Below, one piece after another: positions 39,595-48,975 of a stretch of DNA of 64,000 nt. How positions within the stretch are numbered: position 1 is the stretch's first letter; each line of letters begins with the position of its first letter. The notes beneath the pieces are model-generated. The model saw only the letters and a program-made list of their open reading frames with translations, had not been told where the DNA came from and did no database searches. The translations under genes were made by a program, and so were the position numbers. Location of the stretch: positions 416,001 through 480,000 of the forward strand of contig CAWFOU010000007.1 in the NCBI GenBank assembly GCA_963817525.1, given 5' to 3'. The stretch is from an uncultured archaeon (GTDB lineage: Archaea; Thermoproteota; Nitrososphaeria; Nitrososphaerales; Gagatemarchaeaceae).

Positions 39595-40125
39595 TTAGGC
39601 TTTGGCTCTCTTGCGAGTGACCTTCTTCTTCGTTGCAGCCTTCTTGGCAGCGGCCTTCCTGGGAGCGGCCTTCTTGGATTGGAAGATGAGCTTGAGAAGA
39701 GGCTCGGTTATGCCCATCGCGTCCTTCGTCGAGATTATGCCCACGGGGGTCCCGTCCTTCTCGATGACAGGGAGGTGCCTCACGTTCTCCCTCATCATCC
39801 TCTCCACCGCGGTGAGGACGCTCTCGTTGGGGATGGCCATGATGGACGTCTTCGACATTATGCCGGAGACCGGGACCTGGCGCCCGACCAGCGACTTGGT
39901 CACGGCGAAGATGATGTCGCTGGCAGTGATAATCCCGGCCATCTTCCCCTCCTTGTCGACCACGATGACGCTCCCGATCCTCTTCTCCCACATGACCGAG
40001 GCCGCCTCGTCGATGGTCGTCTCTTCGTTGACGACGATGGGGGGCGCCTCCATGAAGTCCTTGACCTTCGCGCTGAGGTGGTCGGGAGTCTTCGACAAGG
40101 GACTCGGCTGCGGATTCTGCCACAT
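39595..40125 (-). CDS. CBS-pair protein with Lys/Ala-rich C-terminal tail
   Basis: VKDFM...IGSVIVVD..GIIT..D; RHLPV..GIIS..D; tail KKAAPRKAAAKKAATKKK. Confidence 0.88.
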   Translation of the reverse strand: MWQNPQPSPLSKTPDHLSAKVKDFMEAPPIVVNEETTIDEAASVMWEKRIGSVIVVDKEGKMAGIITASDIIFAVTKSLVGRQVPVSGIMSKTSIMAIPNESVLTAVERMMRENVRHLPVIEKDGTPVGIISTKDAMGITEPLLKLIFQSKKAAPRKAAAKKAATKKKVTRKRAKA

Positions 40126-40188
40126 ATAACGCTTAGCGACGATTTTGCGCGACTTAATTAGCCGGTCCGGCCGCTCCCGGGCATCCAG

Positions 40189-40371
40189 ATGCGGTCCCAG
40201 ACCGTCCTAGGCCTCGTGCTCGTGCTGGTGGGCCTCGCGCTGCTCTACGTGCTCCGCGGGGTCTTCATCGACCTCATCGTGCTCGTCCTGGGCTTCGTCG
40301 GGGTGGTCATCGCGCTCGTCCTCATCTTCGGAGGGCTGGCGATGATCTTCTGGTCAGGGCGCCGCTGGTGA
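40189..40371 (+). CDS. Small two-TM membrane protein
   Basis: 60 aa, almost entirely hydrophobic. Confidence 0.6.
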   Translation: MRSQTVLGLVLVLVGLALLYVLRGVFIDLIVLVLGFVGVVIALVLIFGGLAMIFWSGRRW

Positions 40372-40374
40372 GGC

Positions 40375-41223
40375 CTACGTGACCCGCTTCGAGACGTCCA
40401 TCCTGCCAAAATACGTCAGCGCTATCAGGACCGCCGTGACCGCGTAGGCGGTTATCAGGAGGGCCGCGGCTGCGGCCGAGGTCTCCACAGGCGTCGCGAG
40501 AGGGCCGAGCCTGAAGATTATCGATGCCGTGCTGGGGATCTTGGGCTCGGCGAGGAGCAGGGCGAGGGAGTCCACCGGGGACGTGGGGAGGTAGCGGTTG
40601 GCCGTCACGTAGACGCCGCTCCCAGTGAGGTCGTAGAGGAAGTCCAGGATGCCCCCGATTATCTCGCTGGTGAAGAAGACCGAGGCGGCGATGATGTAGG
40701 AGAGGGAAGACCTCCTGATGAGCTCGCCGAACATGAACGCCACCGAGTAGAACACCGAAGCCGCGAAGACCTGCGCGACCACTATCATCGGGAGGATCCC
40801 CAGGTCGACCTGGGGGCCGAAGACGAAGGTGGCCGAGGTCACGGTCAGGGTCGCGTCCAGGACCAGTATCCCGAAGAGGAGGGTGTACCCGCCAAGGTAC
40901 TTGCCGAAGAAGTACTCGTCCCTCGAGACGGGCTTGGAGAGCAGGACCTCGGCGGTCCCCGACTCGTACTCCTCTGACATCGAGCCGGCGGCTATGAGGA
41001 GGGCGGTGAACTGGACGAAGAAGGCCTGCGGCAGGAAGGCCCCGATTATCCACATGTAGGGCTTGAGGGGCGGCGTGATCAGGGAGGTGTGGACCACCTC
41101 GAGGAGGTAGTATGGGGCGGTCCCGATGAGGATTGTCAGGGCGACCAGCGTCAGGACCTTCTTCCTCGCGATCGCGCGCCTAATTTCGTACCTGGCGAAG
41201 GTGAGGATCCTCGAGGGCCTCAA
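40375..41223 (-). CDS. ABC-2 family permease
   Basis: SEEYESGTAEVLLSKPVSR..YFFGKY. Confidence 0.88.
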   Translation of the reverse strand: MRPSRILTFARYEIRRAIARKKVLTLVALTILIGTAPYYLLEVVHTSLITPPLKPYMWIIGAFLPQAFFVQFTALLIAAGSMSEEYESGTAEVLLSKPVSRDEYFFGKYLGGYTLLFGILVLDATLTVTSATFVFGPQVDLGILPMIVVAQVFAASVFYSVAFMFGELIRRSSLSYIIAASVFFTSEIIGGILDFLYDLTGSGVYVTANRYLPTSPVDSLALLLAEPKIPSTASIIFRLGPLATPVETSAAAAALLITAYAVTAVLIALTYFGRMDVSKRVT

Positions 41224-42179
41224 CTCTTAGTCCCCCTCATCGCGTTGATGTACGCCTCGTCGAGCTCGCTCTCCGAGTACCTCAGGCCGAGCAGGCTGGC
41301 GCCGGACCCGACCACCGTCTTTGCTATCTCGGCCCTCGGGTCCGAGTCCTTCTCGGTCTCGACCAGAAGGCCCGCGGCGTTGGCACTGACGCGCCTTACC
41401 CCCTCGACGGAGGAGATGCGGGAGACCAGCAAGGCGTCGGCCATGGGCGGCCCGACCTCGACGACGATGAGCCTCGAACTGAGGCTCTGGCGGATGAACC
41501 CGTCGATGGGGCCGCGGAAGAGCATCTTCCCGGAGTGGATGACCGCGAGGCTGGTGCAGAGCGACTCGACCTCGGAGAGGATGTGGGAGGACATGATTAT
41601 CGTCCCGCCGTCCTTTGCAAAGTCCCGAAACATCGAGCGGAACTGTACCACGCCGGCCGGGTCGATGCCGATCATCGGCTCGTCGAGGATTAGGACCTTG
41701 GGTGACCCGACCATCGACTGGGCCACGCTGAGGCGCTGGACCATCCCCTTGCTGAGCTTGGCTATCTTGTAGTCCGCATACTGGATGAGCCCGACCCTCT
41801 CGAGCAGGGCCGGGACCTGGGCCCCCGCCTGGGCTCTGTCGAGCCCGAGCTCGCTCGCGGTGAGCTGGATGAGCTCCTTGGGCGAGAGGAACGACTGGAG
41901 GTTGGGCAGCTCGGGCGAGTACCCCACCCGCTCGAGGGCGCGGACATGGTCGCCGAGGGGGTCGCGCTCCATCAGCCTCACCACCCCCGAGGTCGGCCTG
42001 ATGAGCCCCAGGAGCATCCTGATGGTGGTCGACTTGCCTGAGCCGTTGGGGCCGAGGAACCCGACTATGTCCCCTTGACCCACCGAGAACGTGACCGGGC
42101 CTATCTCCTTGGGGCCATAGTCCTTGACGGCCTGGTCGAAGTTGATAACTGCGTCTGTCGTCGCTACGCTCACATCCAA
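41220..42179 (-). CDS. ABC ATP-binding protein
   Basis: GPNGSGKST, LSKGMVQR, LILDEP, SSHILSE. Confidence 0.92.
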   Translation of the reverse strand: MDVSVATTDAVINFDQAVKDYGPKEIGPVTFSVGQGDIVGFLGPNGSGKSTTIRMLLGLIRPTSGVVRLMERDPLGDHVRALERVGYSPELPNLQSFLSPKELIQLTASELGLDRAQAGAQVPALLERVGLIQYADYKIAKLSKGMVQRLSVAQSMVGSPKVLILDEPMIGIDPAGVVQFRSMFRDFAKDGGTIIMSSHILSEVESLCTSLAVIHSGKMLFRGPIDGFIRQSLSSRLIVVEVGPPMADALLVSRISSVEGVRRVSANAAGLLVETEKDSDPRAEIAKTVVGSGASLLGLRYSESELDEAYINAMRGTKS

Positions 42180-42216
42180 CCCGGTGGCATCCGTCAGTCG
42201 CGGGCAGTCTCGTCCG

Positions 42217-42930
42217 TCAATCTACCCAGTGGTCTGGGTTCGAAGGGGCGGCGGGCGCCTTCTTTCTCTTCATCCTAACCCCCAGCGAGAGCGCCACCGC
42301 GCCAACCGCGAGGGAGAGCTCGGCGCCCGCGGAGGCCGCCTGGAGCGCGGGAGCCGCGGCCGCGGTGGTGAGCGCGAGGGACGTCGCCGTCAGGGTCGCG
42401 GAGACGCTGGAGCCGTTGGACTGGGCGGTCGCGGAGTAGACCAGGTCCGACGGGAACGCGGAGATGGTGCCGGCTATGGTCTTGGACCCGTTGGACGAGG
42501 TGATGTCAGCGGAGAACGCGTAGTTAGTCAGGGTGTATGCCTTGCCCTGGAAGGTCGCCTGGGAGGTCCCCTGTTGCGAGATCTTCGCCGTCACCGTGTA
42601 GCCCTTGTCAGAGTAGGTGAAGTTCTGGCTGGATATCCCAGGCAGGAAGGGGAATATCGTCAAAGAGGAATTGACCACGCGGGAATAGGTGAAGTTGGTC
42701 TGGGTGCCCACTACGGCCAGGCCGATGATCGACTCGCCCGTCGTCGAGCTCGGGGTGACGGACTCGTTCACGGAGGCGGCGCGAGTGGTCCCGTTGTAGC
42801 TCGCCTGGACGTTGTATACGACGTAACCTGACGAAGCCGAGGAAGAGCTTGCCGTGGTAGACGCCTGAACAAGAGGCACCAGCGCCAGCAGGCAGATGGC
42901 CGCGAGCGGGAGTGCCAGGGTTAGCTTCAA
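42217..42930 (-). CDS. Secreted surface protein with C-terminal anchor
   Basis: Signal peptide, S/T-rich beta domain, C-terminal hydrophobic helix followed by basic residues. Confidence 0.7.
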   Translation of the reverse strand: MKLTLALPLAAICLLALVPLVQASTTASSSSASSGYVVYNVQASYNGTTRAASVNESVTPSSTTGESIIGLAVVGTQTNFTYSRVVNSSLTIFPFLPGISSQNFTYSDKGYTVTAKISQQGTSQATFQGKAYTLTNYAFSADITSSNGSKTIAGTISAFPSDLVYSATAQSNGSSVSATLTATSLALTTAAAAPALQAASAGAELSLAVGAVALSLGVRMKRKKAPAAPSNPDHWVD

Positions 42931-42991
42931 ACTAAGAAAAGACGCGTCTCGCTCCTTGATAAGGCTTGTTGAAGATCGAAAGGGCTCTTCG

Positions 42992-43234
42992 TTAGGTGGC
43001 GCTGACCTCCGTTTCGGTTTGGGTTGTCTTGGCCTTACGCAATGATAAGCTGATTATGAAGACCGAGTAGGCTAGAAGCCCCGCACCTGCCAAGAACAGA
43101 TAGAAGGATATGGGAGTCGGAGAACAGAACATACCTTTTGGACAATTTCTTGAGGGTAAAGAGACGCTCTCTTGACTCAAAGAGAGCAGAAGGCACCCCA
43201 TGACTATACCCACAGACGGCCAGACGCCCTTCAT
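42992..43234 (-). CDS. Small two-TM protein with Cys loop
   Basis: TM-CPKGMFC-TM; AT-richer patch. Confidence 0.5.
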   Translation of the reverse strand: MKGVWPSVGIVMGCLLLSLSQESVSLPSRNCPKGMFCSPTPISFYLFLAGAGLLAYSVFIISLSLRKAKTTQTETEVSAT

Positions 43235-43304
43235 GCTTCGACCACCATCTCTGTCGTCAGGGTCTTTCTTGAGCGATTCGAGCCCTTTTTTTCACGAGCC
43301 AGAA

Positions 43305-43814
43305 TTACTGGACTCCGGTGAACTGGCACACGCTGACGGGAGCTCCGGGTCGTCCCGTGTACGGATTACACGTGAGTCCGGACGACACGCCGCAGTCGAT
43401 TGGGCAGGTCCCGCAGGACTCGTTGGGGTCGCACACGCCGTTGCCGCACGACTGCTGGAAGACCTCGCATTGAGCGGCGTCCATTCCAGAGGGACAAGGA
43501 TAGACAGGCGTGGTGGGGAAGTGCGGCGCCAAGGTATATCCTGCCGGGATGTAGCCAAGGTAGTCCGCCCAGGCGCCCAGAGGCTGGAGGCATTAGCCTT
43601 GGGCGTTCATCGTGCAGGAGCCGCCAGGGCCGGATTCGGACTTTCCGCTCTGAGGGGTGCTGCTGGTGGCGTTGGCCGACGAGGAGGTGCTTTTGATGGC
43701 AGTGCTTCGGGCCGGGGCCGAAGTGTAGTAGTATATCCCGGCCGCACCGGCGATCAGCAGGACCGCCAACACGCCGACGGCAGTAGCCTTTGCGAGGGCC
43801 CTCCGCCTCACCAT
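43305..43814 (-). pseudogene. Cys-rich surface protein interrupted by an in-frame TAA
   Basis: A single frame reads ...MNAQG*CLQPLGAWADYLGY...CGNGVCDPNESCGTCPIDCG; stop at 43593-43595. Confidence 0.7.
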
Positions 43815-44057
43815 AGACCAGAAACCTCGACTATTTCAGAACCTCGGATTCATTTAAGGCCTTCATGACGACGAGGTTCCGAAATCGTCGTCATAAGAGC
43901 GAGGCGATGGTTAGGAAGAAAAGACGCGGTTGCTCGGCAACTCGATGTATGTTTGGCGGCCGCGTGCGTCTCGCGTTCGCAAGAACAAAGGTTGCCGCAA
44001 GGGGAACTTAATCTCAGCGTTTTTTCGACGCGCCGACGGTCGGAGCCTTAGAACCAG

Positions 44058-44723
44058 TTGTCGAAGGTCCCGATAAGCGCTAATAGTGCTTCGGGTGAAA
44101 GCGGGCGGCAGCCGTTGAAGAAGCCAGCCACCGTCAAGCGCAAGACGCCGAAGAAGAGCGAGCAGGAGTTCGTCAGGGAGGAGATATCGAAGGCGACAGG
44201 GGTGCAGTTCGAGGTCGTCCCGCCCCACCCGGCGTTCCCCCTCGCGGTCGACCGCCTCGACTGGTTCATGCGGTGCAGGAACAAGGAGGAGATAGCACAG
44301 TCGCCCTACCTCAACGCCGCGTGGAAGGAGAAGCGCGTGGGGATCTGGCTCGAGTCGCTAGCGGTGGGGGACACGATAGACTGGATCGAGATCGCGTACG
44401 GGGACGAGAAGGTCGGCGAGTCCTTGGATATCGACTACTCCCGTTTCGACGACCCGACGTTTCAAGAAGACTTTAGGCAGAGGTTCCCGATCGTGTGGGA
44501 GAGGATAAGGAAGTACGAGCGGGTCGTGGCGGACGTCTCGAAGAAGGAGAAGGTCAAGCTGCAGATTCGACGCGCGGGCTCGAGGGGGATGCTCGTCTTC
44601 ACTATCGCTGCACTCGTGGCGGTCCCCAAGAGCGCGTCCCAAGCCGCCCTGGGCTCCGCCATCAGGAAGAACGTTTCCGCCCTGAAGGAAGCCTACGGCG
44701 AGATCGAGATAGAGAAGCTCTGA
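44058..44723 (+). CDS. Hypothetical protein
   Basis: 221-aa ORF with host-like codon usage. Confidence 0.65.
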   Translation: MSKVPISANSASGESGRQPLKKPATVKRKTPKKSEQEFVREEISKATGVQFEVVPPHPAFPLAVDRLDWFMRCRNKEEIAQSPYLNAAWKEKRVGIWLESLAVGDTIDWIEIAYGDEKVGESLDIDYSRFDDPTFQEDFRQRFPIVWERIRKYERVVADVSKKEKVKLQIRRAGSRGMLVFTIAALVAVPKSASQAALGSAIRKNVSALKEAYGEIEIEKL

Positions 44724-45249
44724 TAGCCTTCGTCTTGCCGCGCTTGGGAGAGGCCTCCTCCGCCCTGCTCATCTCCGTCCACTTGGCCGCGAACTCGTCC
44801 CTCTTTGGGCGATAGAGTGAGGAGAAGAACTCCTCCCCCGAGAGCAGGGTCTCGCGGTCAAAGTGCCCGACGTAGTCGACCGCCTCCTCCCACGCGTCCT
44901 TGAACTTCCCCTGGAACCTCGACTCTATCTGCTTCTGGAAGTCCTCCTTCCCCTGAGTCTTCCCCCCTATCGTGAACAGGAGCTCCGAGCCCGGGGCCTT
45001 GTACGCCATCTCGTTGCCGACGTGATAGGTGTCTGGCTGCTGGTATCCCACGCCCTGGCCGGATGATCGGTGCTCGCCGGGGCCTTGACCCCCGCCGCCC
45101 TCGAAGCCGCGCTTCGCTGCGGCATAGAAGATCGCCCTGTTGAGGCCCCACGAATAGGCTGAGTCGAGGGGCAGGCCTAGGGCGTGCGCCCTGGCTGCCT
45201 GGAGCGTAGCCATCACTATGAATCGCGATATTGCCAACTCGGGATTCAA
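44662..45249 (-). CDS. Hypothetical protein
   Basis: Globular-looking ORF (ATLQAARAHALG...SWGLNRAIFYAAAKRGF); 3' overlap with the convergent gene. Confidence 0.65.
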   Translation of the reverse strand: MNPELAISRFIVMATLQAARAHALGLPLDSAYSWGLNRAIFYAAAKRGFEGGGGQGPGEHRSSGQGVGYQQPDTYHVGNEMAYKAPGSELLFTIGGKTQGKEDFQKQIESRFQGKFKDAWEEAVDYVGHFDRETLLSGEEFFSSLYRPKRDEFAAKWTEMSRAEEASPKRGKTKAIRASLSRSRRRLPSGRKRSS

Positions 45250-45334
45250 AACTTGCGGCGGATTCTTAATTGTTGTGCGCTACAGCAAGCCTCAGGACTA
45301 TAGACTAGAGATGCAGGATGAACGCACCGGACGG

Positions 45335-45664
45335 TCAACCGCAATGCAGAAGACTCGAATGCTCTAGAAACATGGCCAAGGATGAGAACTCCCCGTTATA
45401 GACGCCGGAGCCGCATATTATCCCGGGCGCAAGAATAATTTCGTAGAAGTTTGGATACTGGAAACGACCGCCGTACCCGGAAAAATATACTGCAGTGACC
45501 GAGCCGTATAACGGACACCCTGGCTGGGCACCATGAAGTGGGCACTCGAGCAGGCGCCCAGGGGGTACTAGGTAAAACGCGGGCATCGGGATAGGCACTA
45601 GAAACAGAAATAGGAAAACTACTGCTAGCCCGCATGTCGCGCCAATCGCGACGCGTCGCTTCAT
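45335..45664 (-). CDS. Small membrane-anchored Cys-loop protein
   Basis: TM-LVPIP...C..C..GSVT..YFSGYGG; similar to 51716. Confidence 0.55.
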   Translation of the reverse strand: MKRRVAIGATCGLAVVFLFLFLVPIPMPAFYLVPPGRLLECPLHGAQPGCPLYGSVTAVYFSGYGGRFQYPNFYEIILAPGIICGSGVYNGEFSSLAMFLEHSSLLHCG

Positions 45665-45748
45665 TATTACCCCTGATTATTTTGGTGCCCGGATATTTCT
45701 AAGGTTTACCCGTGCGACATGCCGTCCTGCGATTGTCGCCTACGCGAG

Positions 45749-46801
45749 CTAAATTGTCTTGGCCACTATCCTGTTCCTCAGGGTCCCCCCAATCCTCTTG
45801 GAGGAGACCTCCACCACGTCGCCGACCTTCAGGAACCTCCCGGGGAGGAAGTCTCCGTCCTTGTCCCTCTTGCTCGAGTCCGCGGCCGTCCCCGCGCACG
45901 TCCCGGACGCTATCACGTCCCCGGGGTTGAGCTGAATGTCCTCCGAGAGGAACTCCACCCACTCGGCGAACCCCCTGATCATGTCCTTCGTGTTGCCTCT
46001 CTGCCTGACCTCCCCGTTGACCGACGTGGAAAAGTCGATGTCCTGTGGGTCGGGCGCCTCGTCCTTGAGCGCCACAATAGGGCCTAGCGCGCCGGAGCCC
46101 TGGAAGTTCTTCACCCTCGCGAAGTTCAGCACCCCCTTGTCCATGTTGTCCCGCAGGGAAAAGTCGTCGAAGAGCGTGTAGCCGAAGACGTGGTCAAGCA
46201 ACTTGGAGCGCTTGATGTCCTTGCCCCCTTTGCCGATTATCATGGCGACCTCCCCCTCGTAGTCGAGCAGCCTCGTCCTTGAGGGGTACTGAACATCATC
46301 GCCCGGGTTGCTAACGTTGCTCCCCATCTTGTAGAAGCCCCACTGCGGGCTGGCGAGAGCCTGAGCCCTCGCCTCCTCCAGGGTCAGGACCTTCCTCTCC
46401 TTCCCCATCGAGGCGGGCGAGTTCCTCGAGAGCCCGACGAAGTGGTCGGCGAAGTTGGCGCCGATGCACATGATCTTGAACCTGAAGCTGTCAGTGACCG
46501 GCGCGAGAAGCCTCGCGGGGCCGAGCCGGAAGACGATCTTCTCTCCGCGCTGCCCTCTCAGGCCGTCGAGGTCCTCCTTCGCGAAGCGCAGCACCTGCCC
46601 CGCGGTCTTGAGCGCGCGGTCGCCGCCCTCGATGAAGGCCCTGAAGTCGTGCCCCACGAGCGCCTCGGCCTCGTCATGCGAGGAGAGGTGCGCCGCGGCG
46701 GCCTTCTGCAGGTCGACCACCTTGTCGCCCAGCACGAGCCCCAGGCGTTTCTCTGGGCCATAGACGGCTAGCTTCAAATGAGATGGACGTGTCCGCGCCA
46801 C
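45749..46801 (-). CDS. Fumarylacetoacetate hydrolase family protein
   Basis: KIMCIGANF.DH, LDYEGEVA, GYTLFDDFSLRD, LNPGDVIASGT. Confidence 0.9.
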   Translation of the reverse strand: MARTRPSHLKLAVYGPEKRLGLVLGDKVVDLQKAAAAHLSSHDEAEALVGHDFRAFIEGGDRALKTAGQVLRFAKEDLDGLRGQRGEKIVFRLGPARLLAPVTDSFRFKIMCIGANFADHFVGLSRNSPASMGKERKVLTLEEARAQALASPQWGFYKMGSNVSNPGDDVQYPSRTRLLDYEGEVAMIIGKGGKDIKRSKLLDHVFGYTLFDDFSLRDNMDKGVLNFARVKNFQGSGALGPIVALKDEAPDPQDIDFSTSVNGEVRQRGNTKDMIRGFAEWVEFLSEDIQLNPGDVIASGTCAGTAADSSKRDKDGDFLPGRFLKVGDVVEVSSKRIGGTLRNRIVAKTI

Positions 46802-46922
46802 CGTCGTCTAATGAGTTTTTCCTGGCGGGGCGGCGTAGGAATCCGCTCTCGCTCGGGCAATCACTAGTAAGAATGATTCTAAATTAACGCTTATATTGCC
46901 CTCGACTCGAGATTTTAGAGTC

Positions 46923-47915
46923 ATGATGTCGATTCATCCGGAGAAGGTGGAGGCGAAGAAGCACGGCAATGAGAACGAGCTTATCGTGTACGGTCCGTTC
47001 CACAAGACCTTCTTCGACTTCCTGACCCAGTTCCGCCACAGGTACTACGGTCTCGACATAGACCTCACCTACTATGCGGCCCACCCGGTGGAGGTCGTCC
47101 AGAAGGTGAGGGACGAGGTGAAGTACGGCATCCCGACGGCCGACGTGGTGATGCTCCCGCACTACACAACCTTGATGCTCAAGGAGTCGGGGCACCTCCG
47201 TGACTACCGCTCGCCCGAGCTGAAGGCCTTTGACCCCATGTTTAGGGACAAGGCAGGGATGTGGTCCGCCATCGCGGTGGAGCCCACGAACTTCATCTAC
47301 AACCGCCAGTTCCTCGACCAGAAGCTCGTCCCGAACAAGCTGTGGGACCTGACAAACCCGGGACTCAAGGGGCTGGTCTCGATGCAGTCTACCCAGGACT
47401 GGTCTGACGGCATGTACTCGTTCTTCTACTTCGCGACCCTGCTCGGCTTGATCGGGGAGAAGAAGTGGGACGAGTTCGTAAAGGCGTTCATCAAGAACAC
47501 AAACCCCGCGGTGTTCGCGTGCTACCACAACATGCAAAAGTACGTCTCGAGAGGAGACTATGCGATCGGGCTGCCTTTGCCCCTCATCAAGGTAGGCTGG
47601 GAGGTCGAGACGCTCAACCTGTCGGACGTCCCGAAGACGGCGAGCATGAGGAGCATCGGGATAGTTAAGGAAGCGGCGCACCAGAAGAACGCCGAGACGT
47701 TCGTCAACCACCTGCTGTCCGCCGAGTGGCAGAACCAGATGGGCAAGAACTATGAAGGATTAGTCCCCACAAGGCCGGGAGCGACCATGAAGTACAACGC
47801 CCCGTTCGTCAACCCGACGACCGCGTTCAAGTACTTCCCCGACGAGCACGGCGTGAAGGACGCGTTCTCGCCCAAGTCGCTCCTCGAGAAGTTCAAGTCC
47901 GTAGGCCTACCATAA
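46923..47915 (+). CDS. AfuA/FbpA-like solute-binding protein lacking a signal peptide
   Basis: ADVV, Y.SPE, FIYN, WDLTNP, A.H..NAETFVNHLLS.E.Q; no N-terminal hydrophobic helix. Confidence 0.75.
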   Translation: MMSIHPEKVEAKKHGNENELIVYGPFHKTFFDFLTQFRHRYYGLDIDLTYYAAHPVEVVQKVRDEVKYGIPTADVVMLPHYTTLMLKESGHLRDYRSPELKAFDPMFRDKAGMWSAIAVEPTNFIYNRQFLDQKLVPNKLWDLTNPGLKGLVSMQSTQDWSDGMYSFFYFATLLGLIGEKKWDEFVKAFIKNTNPAVFACYHNMQKYVSRGDYAIGLPLPLIKVGWEVETLNLSDVPKTASMRSIGIVKEAAHQKNAETFVNHLLSAEWQNQMGKNYEGLVPTRPGATMKYNAPFVNPTTAFKYFPDEHGVKDAFSPKSLLEKFKSVGLP

Positions 47916-47937
47916 TCTCGCCGAAAGCGGCGAATTA
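47913..47937. terminator. Hairpin between convergent SBP genes
   Basis: TCGCCG-AAAG-CGGCGA stem, extendable with TAAT/ATTA. Confidence 0.4.
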
Positions 47938-47958
47938 GCAGCCAGGTCAGCGTGAGCT

Positions 47959-48900
47959 CTAGTTCTTCGCGAAGAGCTTCGCGAGCGAGGAGATGGAGTC
48001 CGGGGCGGTCGGCATCATCTCGGCGTTGGGGAAGGGGACGAGCTTCTCCCCGTGGACGAGCTTGTCGAGCGAGTACGGGACTTCTATCCCGGTCCTGGAG
48101 GGTATCCTCAGGTAGGTGCTCCCCACCTTCTTCTGGCCTTCCTTCGAGAGGAGGAACTCCATCAGGAGCTCCGCGGCGGCGGGATGGCTCCCGGCGCGGG
48201 TCTTTGCGATCGCGTTGAAGGTCAGGAGCATCGGCACGTCCTTGAGCTTGAGGCGCTCGATGGACCGCTTCGCCTCCTTCGCCTTCACATAGTCGTGCAG
48301 GAGGACGGTGAGGCCAATCTTGCTCTCCCCGCTGGTCACAGAGTCCACGACGGGGTCGTAGAGGGGGGACATCTTGGGCTGGTTCTTGGCGAGACCCTCG
48401 GCGAACTTCTTCCACTTCTTCTCGCCGAAGATCGGCCTGAGCGAGGCTAGCCAGTAGGCCCCGAGGGTCCCCAGCGACAGGTCGTGCGAGATTATCGCCC
48501 CCTTCCACTCCGGGTCGGTCAGGTCCATGGCGGTCTTGGGGAGCTCCTTCTTGGCCACCACCTTGGGGTTGTAGACCTGAATCATTCCTATCGATACGAG
48601 GGGGAACCAGTAGCCCTCCGGCTCGAGGACGTCCTTGGGGTAGGCCTTCGTCTCCTTGAGCTTGGTCCTCGCGAGGAGGTCCAGGCCGCGAAACTGCATG
48701 AGTGGGGGGACTGCCACTATGACGGCGTCCGCTGTCTCCCTCCCCGCCTTGGCCTCCTCCATTATCTCCTTGGCCATGGGGGGCGGGGTCCCGGGGACGT
48801 ACTTCCTCCTGTACTCGACCTCGATGCCCGGATACTTCTTCTCGAACGCTTCCTTCCAGCCCGAGAACTCGTCCACCTCGACCGTGCCGTAGACCAGCAC
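47959..48900 (-). CDS. AfuA/FbpA-like solute-binding protein lacking a signal peptide
   Basis: FEKKYPGIEV, YNPKVV, DLTDPEWKG, HPAAAELLMEFLLSKEGQ; GTG start preceded by GAGGAGG. Confidence 0.8.
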   Translation of the reverse strand: MLVYGTVEVDEFSGWKEAFEKKYPGIEVEYRRKYVPGTPPPMAKEIMEEAKAGRETADAVIVAVPPLMQFRGLDLLARTKLKETKAYPKDVLEPEGYWFPLVSIGMIQVYNPKVVAKKELPKTAMDLTDPEWKGAIISHDLSLGTLGAYWLASLRPIFGEKKWKKFAEGLAKNQPKMSPLYDPVVDSVTSGESKIGLTVLLHDYVKAKEAKRSIERLKLKDVPMLLTFNAIAKTRAGSHPAAAELLMEFLLSKEGQKKVGSTYLRIPSRTGIEVPYSLDKLVHGEKLVPFPNAEMMPTAPDSISSLAKLFAKN

Positions 48901-48975
48901 CCTGCCCTCCTCGCTGGCCTTCTTGACCGCGGAGCTGGCTTGGCTCGTCTTGCGCGCCTCGGTTTCGTTTCGGCC

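Noticed and set aside
37715-40123. 802-aa ORF suggesting a CBS-region/NurA fusion
   Set aside because: The first 182 aa are an off-frame shadow of the CBS gene; NurA starts at 39577.
43593-43595. Selenocysteine/pyrrolysine recoding
   Set aside because: The stop is TAA, not TGA or TAG.
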